A stretch of DNA of 64,000 bases, taken from the sequence record DRR378314_1406; one strand, given 5' to 3'. Below are positions 59,579 to 64,000 of the stretch, piece by piece (within the stretch, counting starts at the first letter, position 1; each line of letters opens with the position of its first letter). The notes under the pieces were generated by a model. The model was given only the letters and a program-made list of their open reading frames with translations. It searched no databases and was not told where the DNA came from. A program made the position numbers and the translations under genes.

Positions 59579-59612
59579 TCAAAAATCAGAAAAACGAGTG
59601 TTAATTACGCCT

Positions 59613-60071
59613 ATGTCAGATCACCAGATGTCAGAATTCACAATCCCCGAAGGATTTGAAGAGGTTCACGGGCATGCCGCCTTTGCGACCCGAAACGGTC
59701 CCTACTTTGAAAAAATAGTGGATGAGCACCGCCTTGTTCGAGCCTTTGTCGCCGATCAGCGCCATTTGAACGGGCTGCAATATGTTCATGGGGGGATGCT
59801 GATGACCTTTGCCGACAGTTCTTTGGCACGAGCAATGAATCATGCGACGGGAAAACGCGGCGTGACCCTTAAAATGAATTCAGAATTCCTGCGCCCGGTG
59901 AAGAAAGGTGATTTTGTCGAAGCTCATTGCGAATTGGTCCGAGATACCCGGAGTATTGCCTTCGTTCGGGGCGTGTTGAAGGTTGGGCAACATGTGGTGT
60001 TCAAGACGGATGCGATTTTTCAATATGTCCGGTTGGACAAAATCGCCCAAAAAAGTCGGCAGCCGTCATAA
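59613..60071 (+). CDS. PaaI-family thioesterase
   Basis: [18 protein letters not shown]; start uncertain (59598, 59613 or 59628). Confidence 0.85.
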   Translation: MSDHQMSEFTIPEGFEEVHGHAAFATRNGPYFEKIVDEHRLVRAFVADQRHLNGLQYVHGGMLMTFADSSLARAMNHATGKRGVTLKMNSEFLRPVKKGDFVEAHCELVRDTRSIAFVRGVLKVGQHVVFKTDAIFQYVRLDKIAQKSRQPS

Positions 60072-60150
60072 ATTTTCAATTTTTGAAAAAAAATGCAATA
60101 ATTCGCTTGCAGCCATGCGATCAAACGTGTAATTCAACGCCACAGCCGAT

Positions 60151-60227
60151 CGGGGCATAGCACAGCCTGGTAGTGCGCTCGCTTTGGGAGCGAGAGGTCG
60201 CAAGTTCGAATCTTGCTGCCCCGACCA
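60151..60227 (+). tRNA. tRNA-Pro(TGG)
   Basis: CGGGGCA acceptor stem, anticodon loop TTTGGGA, GTTCGAA T-loop and encoded CCA. Confidence 0.97.
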
Positions 60228-60229
60228 AC

Positions 60230-60268
60230 AAAAAGCCTTTCAAGTGAACCGCTTGAGAGGCTTTTTTG
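60230..60268 (+). terminator. Terminator after tRNA-Pro
   Basis: AAAAAGCCTTTCAAG...CTTGAGAGGCTTTTTT. Confidence 0.75.
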
Positions 60269-60363
60269 CTATCTAAACTTTACAAATCCATGAAATCAAC
60301 ACCAAAAAGTCCGGGAGCACTTCCTTTTGCCTAAATCAGGCCGTAAACTAACCTCTATCACTG

Positions 60364-61005
60364 ATGGGAGGTGAAATCGGAATGAAATTGGGAATTACGA
60401 TGGGTAAGAGCAGGTTTATGGGGGTCAAAAGAGCTGTGACAGCCTTTGGCGTGATCGTCTCATTGGGCGTTGGTTCTGCCGCCGCCATGGACGGTGCGCA
60501 GCCTATGTCGCCGCAACCGGCAGCAGACAGCCTGAAGCCAGGTCTTGCTGTGACCTATTACGGGGTCAAGCTGAACAGTATCGAGCAGTTCATCGAATGG
60601 ATGGACTATGAAAAAGGAAAACCGGGGGAGCCAATTCCCATGCTGAATTATCAGGTCGGGCAGGGGGCTGTTCTGACCCAGACAGCAACGGATCTTGTTG
60701 GCGCGGATATCAAAGGGCTCATCCATTTTAAGACCACCGGGACCTATACCTTTATGGTCCATTCCAATGACGGTGTGCGGGTGACCATTGGCGGCAAGAT
60801 GATCCATGAAGATCCGGACGTTCATGGAGATCGGTTTTCCGATGAAATAAAACTTGAGATTTCCGAGCCGGGCTGGTATCCGGTGCATATTCTTTACTTT
60901 GAGAAGAAAAATACGGCTACCTTGGAGCTTTACTGGGATCCGCCGGGGCCTGAGGAAATTGATTATGTGCCGGCCGCGGCATTTGCACATACCGGGAATG
61001 AATGA
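60364..61005 (+). CDS. Secreted PA14-domain protein
   Basis: Signal peptide; PGLAVTYY, GTYTF..HSNDGVRVTI and GWYPVHILYFE; start uncertain. Confidence 0.8.
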   Translation: MGGEIGMKLGITMGKSRFMGVKRAVTAFGVIVSLGVGSAAAMDGAQPMSPQPAADSLKPGLAVTYYGVKLNSIEQFIEWMDYEKGKPGEPIPMLNYQVGQGAVLTQTATDLVGADIKGLIHFKTTGTYTFMVHSNDGVRVTIGGKMIHEDPDVHGDRFSDEIKLEISEPGWYPVHILYFEKKNTATLELYWDPPGPEEIDYVPAAAFAHTGNE

Positions 61006-61310
61006 GCATGAATGAGATTGCCAGAATTTACCGACCTGCCAAGAATGCGATGCAGTCTGGACGGGGAAAGTTGAAAAAATGGGTGTTGGAATACACACCC
61101 TCCGACGCCCGTTTTGCTGATCCGCTAATGGGATGGACCGGGTCTTGTGATATGAACTCTCAGATTACCCTGAAGTTCGAAGATAAGGAAAGCGCCGTCG
61201 CTTTTTGCGAGACGAAAAACATTCCTTACCAGATCGCAGAACCCAAAGAGCGGAAACTCAACATCAAAGCCTACGCGGATAACTTTTCATCCGGCCGCGT
61301 ACTGGGCTGA
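61002..61310 (+). CDS. ETC complex I accessory subunit (NDUFS4-like)
   Basis: ARIYRPAKNAMQSG, DPLMGWT and YADNF motifs. Confidence 0.92.
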   Translation: MSMNEIARIYRPAKNAMQSGRGKLKKWVLEYTPSDARFADPLMGWTGSCDMNSQITLKFEDKESAVAFCETKNIPYQIAEPKERKLNIKAYADNFSSGRVLG

Positions 61311-61335
61311 TCAGCCGGCCCAAAAAGCCGACTAA

Positions 61336-61412
61336 GGCCCCTTAGCTCAGTTGGATAGAGCAACAGACTTCTAATCTGTAGGTCGCACGTTCGAATCGTG
61401 CAGGGGTCGCCA
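61336..61412 (+). tRNA. tRNA-Arg(TCT)
   Basis: GGCCCCT acceptor stem, ACAGA-CTTCTAA-TCTGT anticodon arm, GTTCGAA T-loop and CCA. Confidence 0.97.
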
Positions 61413-61418
61413 ATATTC

Positions 61419-61457
61419 AAAAGGCAGCGAGACAGGATTGTCCCGCTGCCTTTTTTG
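61419..61457. terminator. Bidirectional terminator after tRNA-Arg
   Basis: AAAAGGCAGCG...CGCTGCCTTTTTT. Confidence 0.8.
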
Positions 61458-61468
61458 ATAAACTGAGA

Positions 61469-61972
61469 TCATTCGTCGGCTGCGCACCAGCTTTTGCGCG
61501 TACCGCCGGTGTAGGGGCGGCCGTGACCAGCGCGTAAAATTGTGAGAGCAACATCTTTTTCTGCGTGATAAACATCTGCCAGAACCCGTCCGGCAAATTT
61601 ACCGAGGGCGACATTTTTAAGGGTTACCGCTGCCATCGGTTTGCCAAGGACTGCCCCGCGATAGGGGCTTTCAAAAAGATCCATTAAGAATTGAGTGGCG
61701 GCTTTCCCCGCATTTTCTTCCTGCTCACATTTAGGGCGCCAGCTTTCCGGCGTATCAATCCCTCTAATGCGGATGCTGATATCGGTATGCAGTCCCGGCC
61801 ATAAATGAACCCGGGCAAAGAAGGTATCCCCATCTTTGATGTAATAAACTTCGGCCCTGTAGGGACCTGAATAAACCTCTTTTGCCTGTACTTGTAAGGG
61901 CAACTGTCCCATCAAAAGGAACATAAAGACCGGTATGATCAGGTTTTTCAGGGTAGTCATTTTTATCATCAT
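61469..61972 (-). CDS. Secreted thermonuclease (SNase) family protein
   Basis: Signal peptide; DGDT, IRIRGIDTPE, GKFAGRVLA and C-terminal WC. Confidence 0.85.
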   Translation of the reverse strand: MMIKMTTLKNLIIPVFMFLLMGQLPLQVQAKEVYSGPYRAEVYYIKDGDTFFARVHLWPGLHTDISIRIRGIDTPESWRPKCEQEENAGKAATQFLMDLFESPYRGAVLGKPMAAVTLKNVALGKFAGRVLADVYHAEKDVALTILRAGHGRPYTGGTRKSWCAADE

Positions 61973-62115
61973 GGTCTCTTAACTACTAAAGGGTTGCGGG
62001 ATCATATCAAAAGGATCGGTAAGTCCTACCCCTTTTGACCAGCTTGCGATCCTTATGAGTTTCCCCTAATCTTTGGACAGGGAAAAAACAGTCATCGCAA
62101 TAAGGATAACGAATA

Positions 62116-63081
62116 ATGACGGCTATAACGGAAAGATTAGTTCGCCCAAAATCACTCTTGGCGCCACCTGTGAAACTGGACACAGCGTTTGATGATCCCG
62201 ATGGAATTAAAAAACTGATCGCGAAAGGCAGTCCATATAAGACTTTGTCGGCGGTTCATCGCAATAAAGGGGAGACGAGTGGGGGCTGGTTTCGAAATTT
62301 CTGGGCCCTTGGAGAAAAAGTAGTGTTTGAAGGGGCTGAGCCGTTCTTTTATAACCCGCGGTTTATTGAAGCTGCCAAATTTTCCTTCTCGGCTGAGGTC
62401 ATTCGACCTGTGGCCATGATGACCAATCTAAATCTGCCCGCACCTGGCGCGCCGTTTCATTTGGATTTGCCGTTTTTCCGGGGGGCCCAAAACCGGGAGG
62501 TGCCCAGCTGGATGCTCGCGCCGATGGGGTATTCAGGGCTGTTTCATGAATGGGCAATCCCGGTCGCTTCGGCGATAACCTGGTTTTATGACGGGGTTGG
62601 TGGTGAATTTGAATATTGGCCCGACGGAATAGATGCACCCTCGCGAACAGAAAGCCCGCCTTATTCCAATATGTGTGTACTGGCGGATAATGAATATATG
62701 TACCATCGGGTTGGCGCCATCGGCCCGGCCGATCAGCAAAAAACTTATGAGGATATCGGCTATGATGCGACGCTGGTATTGACCGACGATCAGACTTGGA
62801 ATGTAGTCGAAGATGACAAGGTTACCGCAAATTTTGGATACGGAGATGTGCGGATTTCTATCCTGTGGAAGGGCTATTGCTTTAAAAATGAGCGTGAAGC
62901 CGCATCCTTTGATGATCATAGCCATGACCTGACGCCGGAGCTGGTGGCGGATATTTTTACGGCGGATTTAAAACGCCGAGGTATTGCTCATAAATCACCG
63001 GGGGATTTTGCCATCGATGCAGATTGGAAGGCGATTATTACAAAAACCTACAGCGCACCGGATGGCGGCGCCAGTTATTGA
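62116..63081 (+). CDS. Hypothetical protein, possibly with an Fe(II)/2OG-type double-stranded beta-helix fold
   Basis: 321-aa ORF with RBS AGGA; HLD...GGEF...H-R-V pattern. Confidence 0.6.
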   Translation: MTAITERLVRPKSLLAPPVKLDTAFDDPDGIKKLIAKGSPYKTLSAVHRNKGETSGGWFRNFWALGEKVVFEGAEPFFYNPRFIEAAKFSFSAEVIRPVAMMTNLNLPAPGAPFHLDLPFFRGAQNREVPSWMLAPMGYSGLFHEWAIPVASAITWFYDGVGGEFEYWPDGIDAPSRTESPPYSNMCVLADNEYMYHRVGAIGPADQQKTYEDIGYDATLVLTDDQTWNVVEDDKVTANFGYGDVRISILWKGYCFKNEREAASFDDHSHDLTPELVADIFTADLKRRGIAHKSPGDFAIDADWKAIITKTYSAPDGGASY

Positions 63082-64000
63082 GAGCCGATGTTAAAGAGGT
63101 CTTGATCCCAGGACGGCATTGGCGCGAAGCTGCCAGTTATATGGTCAATGAACGCTCGAACCCGCGATGATAAATACCGGGTTCGGGGATAGAGGATATA
63201 GGCCCCAAGTTCAGTTGCTTGAAAATCACTGAGCAGGCGATGAAGTTTTCCAGCCTGCAGGTCCTCATGACAGATAAAACTTGGGCAGAAATAGATGCCG
63301 AGCCCGTCAATTGCCGCCTGCCTTAAAAAATCCCCGTTATTGGAAATCATGGCTGTTTTTCCTGCCAGATCAAACTGCTGCCCTTTGGCATCCTTTAAAT
63401 GATGGGTTAATCCGGATGGGCTTTTATAACGCAGAATCCGGTGTTGATCCAATTCACCGGGATGACGAGGGGCCGGATGAGTGGCCAGGTAATCGGGGCT
63501 GGCGCAGAGGATATGGCGGATCGTGGTGAAGCGCTTGGCTATCAGGCTGGAGCTTTCCAGCTCTGCTATTCGGATCGCGACATCAACCCCCTCTTCGACC
63601 AGATTAACCTGCCGATCCGCAAAATCCAGATCAATGGTCAATGCCGGATGAGCCGCCGCAAATTGACTGACCACCGGCGAAAGATGCTTAATGCCAAAGG
63701 AGAGGGGGGCGGCAATGCGTAGGTTACCGGAAAGGGTGGTGCCTTCCTGCCCGATTTCATTGAGCATTTCATCCGTGTCGGCCAGGATCTTCAAGGACTG
63801 GGTATAATAACGCTGCCCGGCTTCGGTCAGACTGGATTTTCGCGTTGTTCGGTTGAGAAGCCCTACGCCCAGAAGTTCTTCCAGATCAGAAAGACGCTTG
63901 CTGACCGCCGATTTTGCCAAACCAAGATGATTGGCCGCCGCAGTGATACTGCCGCTTTCAACGATTTTGGCGAACAGAGCCATATCTTCAAGCTGTCCCA
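63075..64000 (-). CDS. LysR-family regulator (CrgA/DmlR-like), 5' end at or beyond the window edge
   Basis: GSITAAA..LG..KSAVSK, LLNRTTR and EEGVDVAIR; frame stays open to the window end (GQLEDMALF). Confidence 0.92.
   Translation of the reverse strand, partial: GQLEDMALFAKIVESGSITAAANHLGLAKSAVSKRLSDLEELLGVGLLNRTTRKSSLTEAGQRYYTQSLKILADTDEMLNEIGQEGTTLSGNLRIAAPLSFGIKHLSPVVSQFAAAHPALTIDLDFADRQVNLVEEGVDVAIRIAELESSSLIAKRFTTIRHILCASPDYLATHPAPRHPGELDQHRILRYKSPSGLTHHLKDAKGQQFDLAGKTAMISNNGDFLRQAAIDGLGIYFCPSFICHEDLQAGKLHRLLSDFQATELGAYILYPRTRYLSSRVRAFIDHITGSFAPMPSWDQDLFNIGSQ

Noticed and set aside
60151-64000. Prophage or integrative element at tRNA-Pro or tRNA-Arg
   Set aside because: No integrase, phage genes or duplicated tRNA 3' ends are visible in the window.

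Overview
Gene-dense chromosomal window from an alphaproteobacterium. The taxon is inferred from GAAC-N7-GAAC/GTAC LexA boxes, CtrA boxes, a VPLPA-CTERM protein and the csp/DUF192/tRNA-Pro/NDUFS4-like/tRNA-Arg arrangement; it is probably a marine Sneathiella/Rhodospirillales-like organism. From left to right the window holds: an MBL-fold lipoprotein; a MHYT-GGDEF-EAL gene preceded by a degenerate ~23-bp repeat array; an IclR-controlled catabolic operon (TRAP transporter, ferredoxin, reductase, Rieske oxygenase, glutamine-synthetase-like ligase, isomerase); fpr; a FagA/DUF2753-like gene with a Fur-type palindrome; an NQO/LysR pair; recA; icd; a cytochrome c module; LysM, atm1, psd and pssA; PadR-RND efflux genes; a form II coxGSLM-DE-xdhC-mocA-sufU cluster with a RutR-like operator; an orphan Panacea (SocA-like) gene behind a perfect CtrA box; a non-canonical Mrp antiporter operon; a TPP-riboswitch thiZXY-type ABC transporter; tRNA-Pro(TGG); tRNA-Arg(TCT); and a few accessory genes. 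I saw no integrase, transposase or CRISPR array. The best candidates for undescribed biology are the gamma-glutamylation/Rieske aromatic-amine operon, the toxin-less Panacea gene with its CtrA box, and the repeat array upstream of the MHYT phosphodiesterase. All functional calls come from motif recognition by eye; no database searches were run.
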